A stretch of DNA of 62,986 nt, filler included, from Globobulimina sp. (GCA_003354225.1; 39 parts of 39 records of this genome joined end to end with filler, not necessarily neighbours in it); one strand, 5' to 3'. Counted from the first letter of the whole stretch, positions 37,857 through 50,613 are shown. A program made the numbers and translations. The notes: generated by a model not told the origin, from the sequence alone.

Positions 37857-38732
37857 ATGCCTCTGTCTCTTTGGATTCTCCTCCTCATATTATGCATCAG
37901 TCAAAGCAGAATATTTACTAATATCACCGCAAATATTGTATGTCCATCGGATGAGGAATGTCGTGTGATTTGCGTGGCCGACCAATGCTCTAATATCCAT
38001 ATACATTGTCAAGATAATGACCATGGCTGTTATATACATTGCAGTTAAGCCATCCAGTGTGTTACACACTTTTCTGTCATTAATTAAATATCACACGTAC
38101 AGACACAAACGCATGTACAAACTCAACTTTTTACTTTCTAAACGCAGCTAAATCAGAAATATTATGTCATTTGGAATCTTGCAGATACACTGAGATTTAC
38201 CTGCAGCCAAAAAACAACAATTCCACAGTATTCATAGATATGCATTCCTCAGTATCTATGCATAAAATACACATAAACTATAAAGGAAAGCAACCATTCA
38301 TAAATCACCAACTTACTGACGTCTCACACTTCAATCTATCGATTCCTATCTATCAGATAACACTACTATGTCGGCAAACAAATGCCTGCAAACATACATC
38401 TTTCCAAATATCAGCATTACACTATTTTACGTTATATTGTTTAGCAGATAACAGCTGTGCTGATATGCACATTGACTTCATATCCCACAGTAACAATAAT
38501 CGCGGAGCGTTGGCAGTAATCTGCGACGGCACTGAGTCGTGTTTGAGTGCGAACATAAACGCTATTACAGCAAACAAACTTGGTTTGTCAAATAACATTT
38601 TATGTCAAATATTAAAAACAAATCTGACGCATATATATGTAACACAGAAATGCTTTGCAAACCAGACGCAAATTCCTGCAGTTCAGTGCTGCTCCAATGT
38701 CCAATCAATTTGGATGTGACACTAACAGAAAA
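37857..38732 (+). CDS. Cys-rich secreted protein, multi-exon, partial
   Basis: Signal peptide; repeated C....SC....I.C units. Confidence 0.55.
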
Positions 38733-39374
38733 NNNNNNNNNNNNNNNNNNNNNNNNNNNNNNNNNNNNNNNNNNNNTTAATTAATTAANNNNNNNNNNNN
38801 NNNNNNNNNNNNNNNNNNNNNNNNNNNNNNNNATCTGTGGAAATGGAACAATTGCCGAATAGTAAGGCGGTGGTTTCGATTTCTGGAGTTGTTTAGTTGT
38901 TTGTTAAGACTCAACTATCCCACTTGGCACGGTAATACATGGATGTTAATCATATATAAACTATTATTATACAATAATTTATATTTAATATGTACAAATT
39001 GTTATTTTTTATTTATTGTGTTGAAATTTTACATTTGAATTATGATACAGTAAATTTTGTAATAAACATATTTTTTAGGTTTTCTATTATTTTTTAGGTT
39101 TTGTAATAAAACCTAGAATTATTTCGCCTGTAAAGTCCTGTATTTTGGATCTGTATTATGATCGATATGGAGTGTACGTGTGTTGTTGTAAATAATTTGC
39201 TCAATGCATCTACAGATTATCTTTAGGTGACTGTTTCAAGCAATTCACCTCCCCTTCATATCTGCAAATATTTGAACAAACCCCAAAAGATACATTTAGG
39301 TGAAACATCTCCTTTAAATATTTTATTCACAATTAATATGTGTAGAGAAGAAGTCTAAAGTCAGTCAGGTAATG

Positions 39375-40349
39375 CTATGTTATGTATCTTCCATTAAATG
39401 CATTATCATTCTCCCGTTCATTAATACCGCTGTTTTTATGATTTAAATTTCTCCGTTTCCCCCATGCAATGATACTGAATCTTTCATCATAATTTGCATT
39501 CCCTTTTAAAATGGCATGTTGGTATTTTGTATTTACAATAGAATTAAAGGCAAAACAGTCCCCATTCCTTTGCGGAATATCAAATAAAATTTGTGTTTTA
39601 ACGTGTTTGAAACTTAAAACTCTCTCATATCCAAAAGAGACACCGATGGTAAAGTCTTCCTTCGTATTTTTACTTTTGAGGTAAGCGTGGCTGTCATGGT
39701 GATACGGCTTCCAATCAATACCGTTTCTATAATAATTCAATCGCGACGCAAATACATCCATATCAAAATAGGCTGAAATATATTCAATTATCATATTAAA
39801 TGTGGCCGAAAATGATGGATTCTCATGTTTTAAATGTCTGCTCCAATCAACCATGCCTTGGCTGCATAGTTTAATATCGTTTTTTAATAAATTCAATAAG
39901 CGAAAATCCTTTGGTCTGCAGAAAAAATGTGGAATATAAATACAATTTCCCTGCAATATTTTATTAAAATCTTGCATCAAATTTGTGTTTAGTTTGTTGT
40001 AGGTTGATTTCATTAATTTATTTGCAAATGTTTTGGCCATATTTTCTCGTTTGTTTTTATTCGATAATTGCAATAATTCATTGATTTCTTCTTTTAATGA
40101 TTTCTTTTTGTTTTTTGCGTCTGTAATTTTTAAGTTTGATGGTTTGATTAAAACAATGTCTTTTGTGTCATAAACAAAAACAGGATATCTTTGTTGATAT
40201 TCATTGAATTGACCGATGATGCGAACCGATTTACCATTCATACAAGACATTGATTCTAAGTTTTGTAATAAACATATTGTTGATACTGTAAATTTTGAAG
40301 TATAATTATTTGGTGTAGACGTTTGTAGATTTTTTATGTCAATATTTCC
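39375..40349 (-). CDS. AlkB-like 2OG-Fe(II) dioxygenase
   Basis: RLNYY...PYHHD (HxD), GVSFG..R.L.F, HAI, RFSI. Confidence 0.85.
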   Translation of the reverse strand, partial: GNIDIKNLQTSTPNNYTSKFTVSTICLLQNLESMSCMNGKSVRIIGQFNEYQQRYPVFVYDTKDIVLIKPSNLKITDAKNKKKSLKEEINELLQLSNKNKRENMAKTFANKLMKSTYNKLNTNLMQDFNKILQGNCIYIPHFFCRPKDFRLLNLLKNDIKLCSQGMVDWSRHLKHENPSFSATFNMIIEYISAYFDMDVFASRLNYYRNGIDWKPYHHDSHAYLKSKNTKEDFTIGVSFGYERVLSFKHVKTQILFDIPQRNGDCFAFNSIVNTKYQHAILKGNANYDERFSIIAWGKRRNLNHKNSGINERENDNAFNGRYIT

Positions 40350-40449
40350 NNNNNNNNNNNNNNNNNNNNNNNNNNNNNNNNNNNNNNNNNNNNTTAATTA
40401 ATTAANNNNNNNNNNNNNNNNNNNNNNNNNNNNNNNNNNNNNNNNNNNN

Positions 40450-41838
40450 GGCATTTATTATCAATGCAGATTTAAAGATAGATTCGATGTCACATGGATT
40501 GTACCACATAATTTCACCCATCGCGTGCCAGAAGATGTGGATTATCGCGTTTTGAGTTCGTTTTTAGATTTTTATCAAGCGATGTTCAAATTTGTTATCT
40601 TTAAGTTGTACAAAGAGAGCAATATGAAATACCCTCCTTTTGGTCCCATTGATTACGATTTAACGCAATTGTCGCTCACCAAATTAATCGATCACAAGTT
40701 TGTAGTCAAACGGCGATTAAATTGGTGGAAAACTAAGAAAAGGGAACAGAAAAAAGACAACAGCACAGATAATGATAATAGCGGCGAAAAAGCAGAGGTA
40801 ACCAATGCAAATGGGACGAAACAAAACATTGTGAGTCTCAATTTAAGCAATATTTTAGGTGCAGACTCGACGCATTTTAATGAGGAATTGCCCAACGAAA
40901 ATGGAGAGGGGGCGGAGGGGAAATATTTGCGCAGAAAATGGGATCGAAGCAATTTATTCGAGGATTTTAAGTTTTTGTTAAATCGAGAAACGCCTCAATG
41001 TGAGTTGGAATTTATTATTTTGTGCATGGGCGGAAAGGTAGTATTCCCAGACTCGGATTGTATGAATGATACAGACATAACCCATCAGATTGTGGACAGG
41101 GAAATAAATGAAGCGGATTTGCTGAATACGAGGGAGTATGTACAGCCGCAGTGGGTCTTTGATTGCTTGAATACGGGCACTGTAATACCAACGCAACATT
41201 ATCAGATTGGCATACAGTGTCCACCGCATTTATCACCGTTTGTAGTGTATAACGATCAGTCGCATATTCCATCGCAACACTTTGTATTGGAACATTGGAA
41301 GAAAGTGTCGAAACAGTTTGGTGGCTTTGTGCCATCCAAGAGATTGAGCAAAAAAGATAGTGCAAACACGGAGGAGATTAAGGAGGAGAAAGAGGAGGAT
41401 ATTGTTATGAATATGAACTTAGATATTGCGGATATTATGGACCCGGAGCAGGGCAATGATGAGGAATTGAATGAATTTGTTGGTGATGATGAGGAGGAGG
41501 AGGAGGATGAGGATGAGGTGGTGGTGGATAAGGAAGTGGAGAGTGATAAGTTGGAGAATCGAGAGAGTGTTTTGGAAAAACAGAGGCTTGTGATTGCTGC
41601 GAAGGAGCGGAAGAGAGCGGGTCGGCCGCGAAATAAGCATTCGTTGGAGAAGGATGGTATACCGGGTACTAAGGCGGAATGGGCCAAAGTGCAGTTAGCG
41701 CGAAGTATGATGGCAGGGAAATATAGAAAGACGTATGATAGGATAAGAAGAAAGAAAACAAATCAAAATAAACGTCTTCGATATTTGGATGAAAAAAGAA
41801 AACGATTTGAATGGAATAAAATGCGTTCAAGACATTAA
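40450..41838 (+). CDS. PES1: Pescadillo homolog (BRCT), 5'-partial
   Basis: DVDYRV..FLDFY, LF....F.LNRETP, ITHQIVDR, REYVQPQWVFDC.N, PPHLSPFV. Confidence 0.95.
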   Translation, partial: GIYYQCRFKDRFDVTWIVPHNFTHRVPEDVDYRVLSSFLDFYQAMFKFVIFKLYKESNMKYPPFGPIDYDLTQLSLTKLIDHKFVVKRRLNWWKTKKREQKKDNSTDNDNSGEKAEVTNANGTKQNIVSLNLSNILGADSTHFNEELPNENGEGAEGKYLRRKWDRSNLFEDFKFLLNRETPQCELEFIILCMGGKVVFPDSDCMNDTDITHQIVDREINEADLLNTREYVQPQWVFDCLNTGTVIPTQHYQIGIQCPPHLSPFVVYNDQSHIPSQHFVLEHWKKVSKQFGGFVPSKRLSKKDSANTEEIKEEKEEDIVMNMNLDIADIMDPEQGNDEELNEFVGDDEEEEEDEDEVVVDKEVESDKLENRESVLEKQRLVIAAKERKRAGRPRNKHSLEKDGIPGTKAEWAKVQLARSMMAGKYRKTYDRIRRKKTNQNKRLRYLDEKRKRFEWNKMRSRH

Positions 41839-42068
41839 GTTTTGGTTTGTTGTAATTAGTTTATTGACTTTTGAATTATTTTGATAACTTATTTGTTTAT
41901 TCGATATACGAATTTGTTGCTTCTAATGAATCTTCAAATTGATTCTTGAAGTTATGAAGACTTTTANNNNNNNNNNNNNNNNNNNNNNNNNNNNNNNNNN
42001 NNNNNNNNNNTTAATTAATTAANNNNNNNNNNNNNNNNNNNNNNNNNNNNNNNNNNNNNNNNNNNNAC

Positions 42069-43583
42069 ATGAAAAAGCATGTTTGCGTGGGGAGAGTTGC
42101 AATAATTTTACAATTTTATCATTTATGGATATATAATGTTTGCCACAAACAAGGTATCAGTGAGATAGTGGATAAATTGCCGCACTTTGATTTTATTGTA
42201 TTATTGAATGATTTTTATCATATAATACGTGAGTATCAGGATCAATTTGTATATTTAAAACTATTTTTTTTACAACAAACCAATATAGAAACGGATATGG
42301 AAAATTGTTTAATGTTTCTGCGATGTAATAGAGATAAAGTAAGGATGTCTGTTGATTTTCTATTACGACGGAGTTTATATTTTTTATCCTCGACAAAGAT
42401 TAAAGGAGAGAATGAAAGATACGAAGTTGTATTACAACAAATATTAGATTCAATTTATTGTTTTGTGTTGTATGGCGAATATTTTTCAGCAAACGATAGT
42501 GGGAATAATTTATGTCAAACGATAAATATTTATGAGAAAGGGAGAGGGAGAGAGAAAGAGAAGAAAAAGAGGAAAAACATATTATATAAATATAAATCTG
42601 ACAGAGATTTACAACTCGGAAATAAGTTTTGCAGTTTAATAAAATATGAGAATGAATTGGCAGTAAAAAATGGTAATAATAAGAATAATATCTTTGGTGT
42701 GAACATGCGTTATGGAACACGGATTGAATGGTATTATATGCAGCGTTATCGACCATTTTTTGCTACCATGAAAGAGGAATTAATGAACCATTCCTCTTTT
42801 GAGATATCAACCTTCCAATGGCATGATATGATTTTAAAAGCAGATTTATTTAAAAAAACCTTTATTGGCAAAAAATTATTGGCAAAAAAACCAAATGAAA
42901 ATGAAAGAAATTTATGCGAAAATAGACAGATTTTAGATATACACATTATTGCATTAATATTTTATTCCCATTTCAACAAATTAAAGAAATCGCTGTTAAA
43001 TTCATACCATATGTTACCATCACCAAATACAGCAATGAATGGCGATGGCGATGGCGATATCGATCGCGAAATGCAGTGTCGATTAAAACATTATAATTAT
43101 TTCTTTCATTTTGGACGATTAATATTAGAATCTGTCAAAGTATTTGGCGATAATTTGTATGAAGATGAATGGTGCGCAAATCGTTGTTTTTATCATGGTG
43201 TAAATATGGTTTATGAGAATGTTCTAAAAATGGAGAAGTTTGCCTTTAATACATATGGTGCGATATCTGTCACCTCATTGGCATTGGTCTCATTTCTTTA
43301 CAATGATAATTATCAACAAAGCGTATTGCAGTTGGATTTAAATGGCGGCACATTATTTCAACAAAATATTTACTGTTTGGATTTGTCATTTATCAGTGAT
43401 TGTAATTACGAAAAGGAATATTTATTAGATAATGGCGGATTATGTCTTGGAATTCGTAATATTATTTCATTAAAATTGCATAAAAATGCAAATAATTATT
43501 ATCTTTGGAGTGAATCAATATTTTTATTGCGAATTATTATTGGCGATATCTATTGGAAATTGAGTGAAAAAATTGATAGTTAT
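42069..43583 (+). CDS. Lineage-expanded protein with putative ADP-ribosyltransferase-like C-terminal domain
   Basis: FYHG...ISVTS...SD.NYEKEYLL spaced like R-STS-ExE ART motifs. Confidence 0.55.
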
Positions 43584-43683
43584 NNNNNNNNNNNNNNNNN
43601 NNNNNNNNNNNNNNNNNNNNNNNNNNNTTAATTAATTAANNNNNNNNNNNNNNNNNNNNNNNNNNNNNNNNNNNNNNNNNNNN

Positions 43684-45200
43684 GGTATCTCATATCGGTT
43701 ACAATGGAGTGTAAAGACGGTAAGAAAACCGAAAAGATAATTACACAAAATTTCGTGTCAACAAAGGTCATAGATACAGAAAAATTTGAGCCAGATTTAG
43801 AAAATCTGTGGTTTGTCGCCGAATCAGACACAGATACAGGTTTTACGAATGATGACGAAATCGCTCAAACACACTTCGATAATACAGTAAAATTTAACGT
43901 AGACGAAAAGCGATATGAAGTTCAATATCCATATAAAGATAAAAATAAAGAATTAAATGATAATTATGAAGTCGCACATTTACGTTTACGTTCTCTACTT
44001 AAAAACTTGAGAAAACATCCTGGTATGTTAGAAAAATATGATCAAGTATTTAAAGAGCATTGAAAACTGGGAATTATCGAAGAAGTAACACCTGATATGG
44101 AAAACGGCGAAAAAACATATTATATACCACATCATTGCGTTATTAAACCTGACAGGGCAACAACGAAAATCAGGGTAGTATATGACGCATCAAGTAAACA
44201 AAAACCAGAAGATAATAGTCTAAACGAATTATTGTATAGAGGTCCGGTAGGACTCGAAGATATTGTCGGACTATGGTTACGATTTCGTAAAGAAAATATA
44301 GGAATCGTCGCCGATATAGAAAAAGCGTTTCTACAAATTCTCGTAGCACTAATGGACAGAGATGTAAATAGAATACTTTGGGTACGAGATATAAACAAGC
44401 CACTTACTGCTGACAATCTAATCATATACAGATTTGCAAGAGTCGGTTTTGGAGTAATATGCAGTCCGTTCCTATTGATGGCTACGATAAGACATCATTT
44501 AAAACTCGCCGTCACTAATAAAGATATTGCCGAGAAAATAGCAAAGAATTTGTATGTCGACAATGTGATAGTAAGCGAACCGGACTTAGAAAAAGCATTA
44601 CAATTTTATAAAGTATCCAAAGATATATTCGCACAAGCAGCAATGAATTTAAGAGAATGGAGTTCCAATTCACAAGAATTTATCGATAGTTTACCCCAAA
44701 ATGATAGAGCAAAGGGTGACGTAATAAAAGTTTTGGGAATAAATTGGGACTTAAAAAACGATCTCATTTCATTAGTTGATCCAAAGCTAAACGAGATAAA
44801 AGTAAAAACAAAAAGAAATCTGACGAAAGCAATCGCGAAATTATTCGATCCATTAGGCTTATTTTGCCCATACACCGCAGCTGGTAAATTATTGTTACAA
44901 ACAGTATGGAAAAGCGGTTTAGATTGGGATGAAAATTTGCCGTCTGATATTAAAGAACAATGGGAAAAGATAAAGCATATATTAAACATTGTGCCTACAA
45001 TAAAGTTACCCAGAATCGTAGGGCCAATAAAATCAGAATATACATTAGAATTACATTGTTTCACAGACGCCTCAGAGAAAGCATACGCAGCAGCTATTTA
45101 TTTACGTATAATCAATAATGACAAAATAACCGTAAAATTAGTTTATGCCAAGAACAGATTAGCCCCCATTAAAAGAAAACAAAAACCAATCTCAATACCA
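43684..45200 (+). mobile_element. BEL/Pao LTR retrotransposon pol fragment (RT and RNase H start); in-frame TGA at 44061
   Basis: YIPHHCVIK..ATTKIRVVYDAS, ADIEKAFLQI, FGVICSPF, YVDN, FDPLG, FTDASEKAY, KNRLAP. Confidence 0.93.
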
Positions 45201-45344
45201 NNNNNNNNNNNNNNNNNNNNNNNNNNNNNNNNNNNNNNNNNNNNTTAATTAATTAANNNNNNNNNNNNNNNNNNNNNNNNNNNNNNNNNNNNNNNNNNNN
45301 TCCACATTTCAACATTTCAACATTCTCTGTAGTTTCTGTACGTG

Positions 45345-46817
45345 TTAATGTTTTTGTATATTATTATATAACTTAATGGTCATTATCTGCGTCAATGTGG
45401 CGGCTTTTGTATAGGTCACTTTATGTTTCTTTCTATTCCAATCTGTAGTTTGTTTTTTGGATTTGCGTAAAACTTCGTTCCAATCCACAACGGTCAGTGG
45501 TTGCAGTTTATTCTGTAATACCTCTTCTTTTATGTTACTAAATGTTGGCTTAATATGATTTAAACAGCGTTGGCTTTCGGGTATGGACTGAAAATAAAAT
45601 TTGCCCAATGGCTTGACATGAAAATAATCTTTGTTTTCTTGGTTTTTTTTGTTGTTTAATAGGTTATTTGTCAAATATTCTTGATCAGCATCGTCAACAT
45701 CGTCAACCTGTTGTCCTCTGTATCGTATTCTGTCGCGTTGGCTTTCTTGAATTAAATTTTTTCTTTGTTGGAATTCTTTTTCATTGATATTTGGTATCAA
45801 ATTATATTTACATAATGAATGTAGAAAAAAAGTATGAATTTTTTCTAATTCTGACTCAATATCTAATTCATTTTCGATGTCCTTTGCATGAAAATTGTCA
45901 TTTGCAGAATAAAATGCTTCTAAATATTGATCCTTTTCCAGATCTCGATTGCTTTTGTTCCTGCAATGTCTATCAAATGAAACACAGACTTTGTAGCTCT
46001 TTTTGTTGGCGAATGTTTTCTCTCTATATTTGCATTGCAAACTGATTTCATTTTCAACAAAATCAAACACAGTGATTTTGCCAGCAATAACTTCACGTTG
46101 ATGATGACTCAAAATATGACTGAAATCACTAACAATTTGCTGCAAATTATACTGCATTCCATTTGCATTGAACGTAACAAATGGTAAAATGGGCAATTTT
46201 AACCAATATGGACTGTTTAACAGTGTTTGATATATTTTTAAAATATGTACAATCCGCATCAGGCACTCACAACTTACAAAGGATTGGCATGGATCAGTTG
46301 TATAACGTTGAGCGTCATAGCCGCCTCTGCTATATTTTGTGATCGCCTCTGGCAAATAGTATATGTGTAATAACAAATCGATGACATTTTGTTTTGTATA
46401 ACATGTACGGACTGAACAGAAGCGATCCAATGATGCTGCTATGTAATCTGCAAACATTTTAGCATTGCTATTATTTGGCTGTTCTAGTTTTGTTGCAATT
46501 GGTTTAATATCCAAAAAAATGCTGTCTAATATCTTTATTAATATAACATACATTGAATAATCAGATGCAACATTAACATCAACAATGTTTTCAATTTGAA
46601 AGGACATTGGTGTATCAGTACAAGTGCATAAAATTTCATATTCACTTCCAAACTCACTTATAAATCGACAGTCAAAATATTTTGAAGTGCTTTCATTTTT
46701 AGGCAGCAACGCCAATGAAATACCGTCAGCGGACCCACTGAAATTTAGCGCAACAATGCTGTTCGATGTCAGGCTGACCAATGTGTTAAAACCGACCATT
46801 GTCGATGGCGTCATAGC
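45345..46817 (-). CDS. Member of the same expanded family as 42069, partial
   Basis: CECLMRIVHIL..Y...DFSHILSHH; KPTFSNIKEEVLQN...W; MTIKLY. Confidence 0.55.
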   Translation of the reverse strand, partial: AMTPSTMVGFNTLVSLTSNSIVALNFSGSADGISLALLPKNESTSKYFDCRFISEFGSEYEILCTCTDTPMSFQIENIVDVNVASDYSMYVILIKILDSIFLDIKPIATKLEQPNNSNAKMFADYIAASLDRFCSVRTCYTKQNVIDLLLHIYYLPEAITKYSRGGYDAQRYTTDPCQSFVSCECLMRIVHILKIYQTLLNSPYWLKLPILPFVTFNANGMQYNLQQIVSDFSHILSHHQREVIAGKITVFDFVENEISLQCKYREKTFANKKSYKVCVSFDRHCRNKSNRDLEKDQYLEAFYSANDNFHAKDIENELDIESELEKIHTFFLHSLCKYNLIPNINEKEFQQRKNLIQESQRDRIRYRGQQVDDVDDADQEYLTNNLLNNKKNQENKDYFHVKPLGKFYFQSIPESQRCLNHIKPTFSNIKEEVLQNKLQPLTVVDWNEVLRKSKKQTTDWNRKKHKVTYTKAATLTQIMTIKLYNNIQKH

Positions 46818-46917
46818 NNNNNNNNNNNNNNNNNNNNNNNNNNNNNNNNNNNNNNNNNNNNTTAATTAATTAANNNNNNNNNNNNNNNNNNNNNNNNNNN
46901 NNNNNNNNNNNNNNNNN

Positions 46918-48066
46918 TTCTCAACACAATGATAAATTACTTCTTCCGCACCATCAACACTTATGCCACATTTATCACACTGAATGGAATTATTTCCGTT
47001 ATATGCGAAACGTAATTGAAACTTTTTTAACTCTTTACCACAAACACAAACAGGTTTTGTCCTTTCAGATATTTTAACAATCGCTGCTTCCACATTTGAT
47101 TTTTCTTCACTTTGGCGTTCCACGGCAGATTCTGGCATAATACCACTGTCATCACACCATAATTGATCTTCTTCCGCTTCTTCAAACTCATCATCAGCAA
47201 TATCATATTCATATTTTAAATGTGTTTTTTTTTGCTTTAATGGCACTTGAATAACAATAATAACATTGTCTTGCTTTTCTTGTTGAGATAACTTTTTCTC
47301 GTCGATATTGGTTTGTCCTTTGTTTCTACGAACATCCGACACCCGTTCACCTAAAAAATCTGCTTTTTGGCCATTGTTATTAAATAATAAATATTGTTCT
47401 TTGCCTTCAATAATTTGTGCGGATGAACCTTTTGAGGTTGATATGATAACTAAAACCGATGGATTTCGTATTTGCGATTGATAATTAAATATAGCAACAT
47501 TGAATTTTGTTTCTTCGCCAGATTGAATCGGTAAGAAACAGGTTTGTGCGGACATTATAACATGCGAATCCTTATTTTCTTTCTGTGACATTAAGTTAAT
47601 ATCTTTGTTGATTGTGTTATAATAAGTGTTGCTCATAAAAGCACTGAAGTTTGTTAAATAATCAGATAACGAAATGGTTTGTAATTCTTGTTTTTCATCA
47701 GAGGTTTGATTACCAACAACAATTGGAATGGAATTCATTTTAACGTCCCATGTAATATCTGAATAATTTGGTTTTCGCATCACTGGCATACAGCTGTTGT
47801 TGACTCGTAGTGTCATATCAGAAATACATGGACCCCAACAACTATTCTTATCACGAGCACAATCTTGTTGTTATAGTTTTTTTTTATGTCAGATACATAT
47901 GCTATAAATGGTTATATAAGTTCATGATGGTACCTTCCCAAGAAACATAATTGATTTTTAATCCAGCTTCTTTTGCCAATTTATTTGCATTATTGTCGTA
48001 ACTTACCATATCTGTGACTTTTACAATCACTTGATCTAACGATAATTTATCATTTGGTTGTGCCAT
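46918..48066 (-). CDS. Conserved-looking hypothetical protein with WEDCAR..SCWGPCISDMTL motif and Cys-rich C-terminal segment
   Basis: Short intron near 47866-47933 links MAQPND...VSWE to DCARDKNSCWGP; CVCG...CDKC...YHC. Confidence 0.6.
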
Positions 48067-48793
48067 TGTAGTTGTGTTACTTGTGTAGTTGTGAAGTTTT
48101 TGCATTATTATTTTATGGATCAACGATATTCTTATATACATAACCAACTGAACCACAAATTAATGCCCAACCAACAATAGATGGTGCGGCGGCTGGCGCA
48201 GCTATTATACCCAAAGAAACACCAATGGATCCAAGGATCGTTTAAGGAATTGTTAGAGAAAAAGCTTAAGAAAAACTCTCGTGAAAACCAAGAGTGTGGA
48301 CACTTTCTCAGGGGTTTTAAAATTGTGGGTTGAACATTTGAGTAACATGTTCAACATGTTGTCTAAGAGCTGGCTGCGCCAAATCTAAGATGCCAGCATT
48401 ATGCCTGCATGTTGAACAACATGTGTAACATGCTNNNNNNNNNNNNNNNNNNNNNNNNNNNNNNNNNNNNNNNNNNNNTTAATTAATTAANNNNNNNNNN
48501 NNNNNNNNNNNNNNNNNNNNNNNNNNNNNNNNNNGTGTTGAGCAGAATATGTTTCTTGTAACTTTTTTGCTGTTAACAACTCCTCGCAAACAGCACGTTG
48601 ATTGCTGGCAATACAGCGAGCAACAAATACTTTGCCAAATGCATCTTCTGTTATTGATAAATCTGCTCCATAGCAAGCCAATGTACACGTGGCAAAAAGC
48701 AAAAACAACATTATACAATGTTCTCTCCGATGTTTTTAGTGCGTTTATTTTTTGAGTTAGCAAAGAGTTTTTACAAAGAACATTGCAACAATT

Positions 48794-49678
48794 ATGCTGA
48801 TAGCATTGTTAATTTTATTTCTTTCCACGCCATCATCAGCAACGCAATATTTCAATTCGCAGTATGGTGTTTTGCAACAATCACCAATGCCTTTAAAAGA
48901 CGCAAACACAGTAATTGACTTTTTATTAAAAGTATGTGTGGAACGGTCCAGAATGGACTTTATTGCTTTTATTTGGGATGAATGGATTGTTAACTTTCAA
49001 ATAGAACCATCACAACACGCCACAATTATATTTGTCAATTATTTTGCTGATCAATATGCTAATTATAACAATGCCATAAATCCACATTGGATGAAACATA
49101 AATTTTACCAAATAATCTCAAATCGGACAGAGAACATTTCATCGGATTTTGTTCTAAATTCAATGTTTGTCGTTTTGAATATTGCACCAACAAAAAGCAA
49201 AGAATTTGCTCCATCTGATTATGTTCATTTTATTGAGTTATATGATCCTGTTTGGAATTGGATTGTCGTTGATGCAGTGATCGAAGCATTGCTTATGTCC
49301 GATCGCAACTTTTCTGACGTGTACATTTGGAACGCATTGAATGCGATAATGCTTTATGTTTCTGATAAATTTTCAATTTTTCGAGCAGACACAGTGAAAT
49401 ATCGTAGTCAGTGGAACAGGAATAATAATTCGGATATTCATGGCGCTCCGGTAAACGTTGATTATTTAACATGGTCTCAATTTCGTATTTTGTTGCATAA
49501 AAACTCGTTTTTATGGCATCGGTATCGGAATTATCACTCATTTACAATCAAATTCAGAAGCTACAAACTTCGACAGATTAAAGACTTTCTTATGGCGCAT
49601 GGCATTGAATTCCACGATGTCAGAACCAGAAAAGGATACAAAATGTTTAGATTATTTACCAATACAACAACCACATAA
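48794..49678 (+). CDS. Hypothetical protein with signal peptide
   Basis: 294-aa ORF; MLIALLILFLSTPSSA. Confidence 0.55.
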   Translation: MLIALLILFLSTPSSATQYFNSQYGVLQQSPMPLKDANTVIDFLLKVCVERSRMDFIAFIWDEWIVNFQIEPSQHATIIFVNYFADQYANYNNAINPHWMKHKFYQIISNRTENISSDFVLNSMFVVLNIAPTKSKEFAPSDYVHFIELYDPVWNWIVVDAVIEALLMSDRNFSDVYIWNALNAIMLYVSDKFSIFRADTVKYRSQWNRNNNSDIHGAPVNVDYLTWSQFRILLHKNSFLWHRYRNYHSFTIKFRSYKLRQIKDFLMAHGIEFHDVRTRKGYKMFRLFTNTTTT

Positions 49679-50613
49679 TCAGCAAACGGAAGTGACGGAA
49701 CATTTTAACATTTCATTTATAAAAATCTGTACAAGCCAATTGGTGGAGTTTTATCATAATTCATAAGGTGTGTTTTGTATATGCATTAAATGAATAACAA
49801 TTATTTAAAATGATAAAATCTCCACTAATCTTCAGGACACGTCAGCGGTCCCAGGGAAATTAACAGATTTCTTTCTTTCTTTCATATTTCGAATCCTTTA
49901 CGTATATTATGCTGATATATGATGCTTTGGGAGTCAATTACTTTCAATATTTTTACAGCAAGCTCGACATTCAATTTTTTTGTTCCATTCATCAGATGCT
50001 GCTTTATTACATTTTTTGGTATCACATCTTTGCAGTGATGTTTGTATGATCNNNNNNNNNNNNNNNNNNNNNNNNNNNNNNNNNNNNNNNNNNNNTTAAT
50101 TAATTAANNNNNNNNNNNNNNNNNNNNNNNNNNNNNNNNNNNNNNNNNNNNTAATATTATCAAATACAACTAATTAACACCAATTATAGCAAACAATAAT
50201 ATTCCATGCGATAGTGGGCTAAAATCCTCGCCAAAAGTTAATTTGAGTGTTGTTGAACAAGAGTATGGTGCCTTTGATGTCTGTTTGAATATTGTATTTG
50301 TTTTTGTTGTGTGTAATACGTGGCGTGTAATTAATTTTTGTGGCAATTAAAAAAGAAAATACTTATTGAACAGAATGTTAATCGGAAAGCTTTATTTATC
50401 TTTATTTAATTCAAGGAGATGGGTACTTTAAGGTACGAAATATATTGATGTAGATGTTGATAAGAAGTGCAAAAAATAAGGTTATGATGCATTAAAAGAT
50501 GTTTTTCTGTTGACGCAAAAACATACACAACCAGTTTTTTTTTTGCAATGGCAACTTTTGTATCGTTCTCCATTATGGTATGATATCTTCCCTCATAAAT
50601 TCGAATTCTTGTT

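Noticed and set aside
44061-44063. In-frame TGA suggesting stop-codon reassignment
   Set aside because: Isolated case in a retroelement; TGA, TAA and TAG all terminate normal genes in the window.
42069-46817. Retrotransposon flanked by two ART-family genes as a locus
   Set aside because: Three separate contigs; adjacency is due to length sorting.
48329-48434. Clustered CATGTTGAACA-like palindromic words at contig end
   Set aside because: Probably a repeat edge, but too short and irregular to define.
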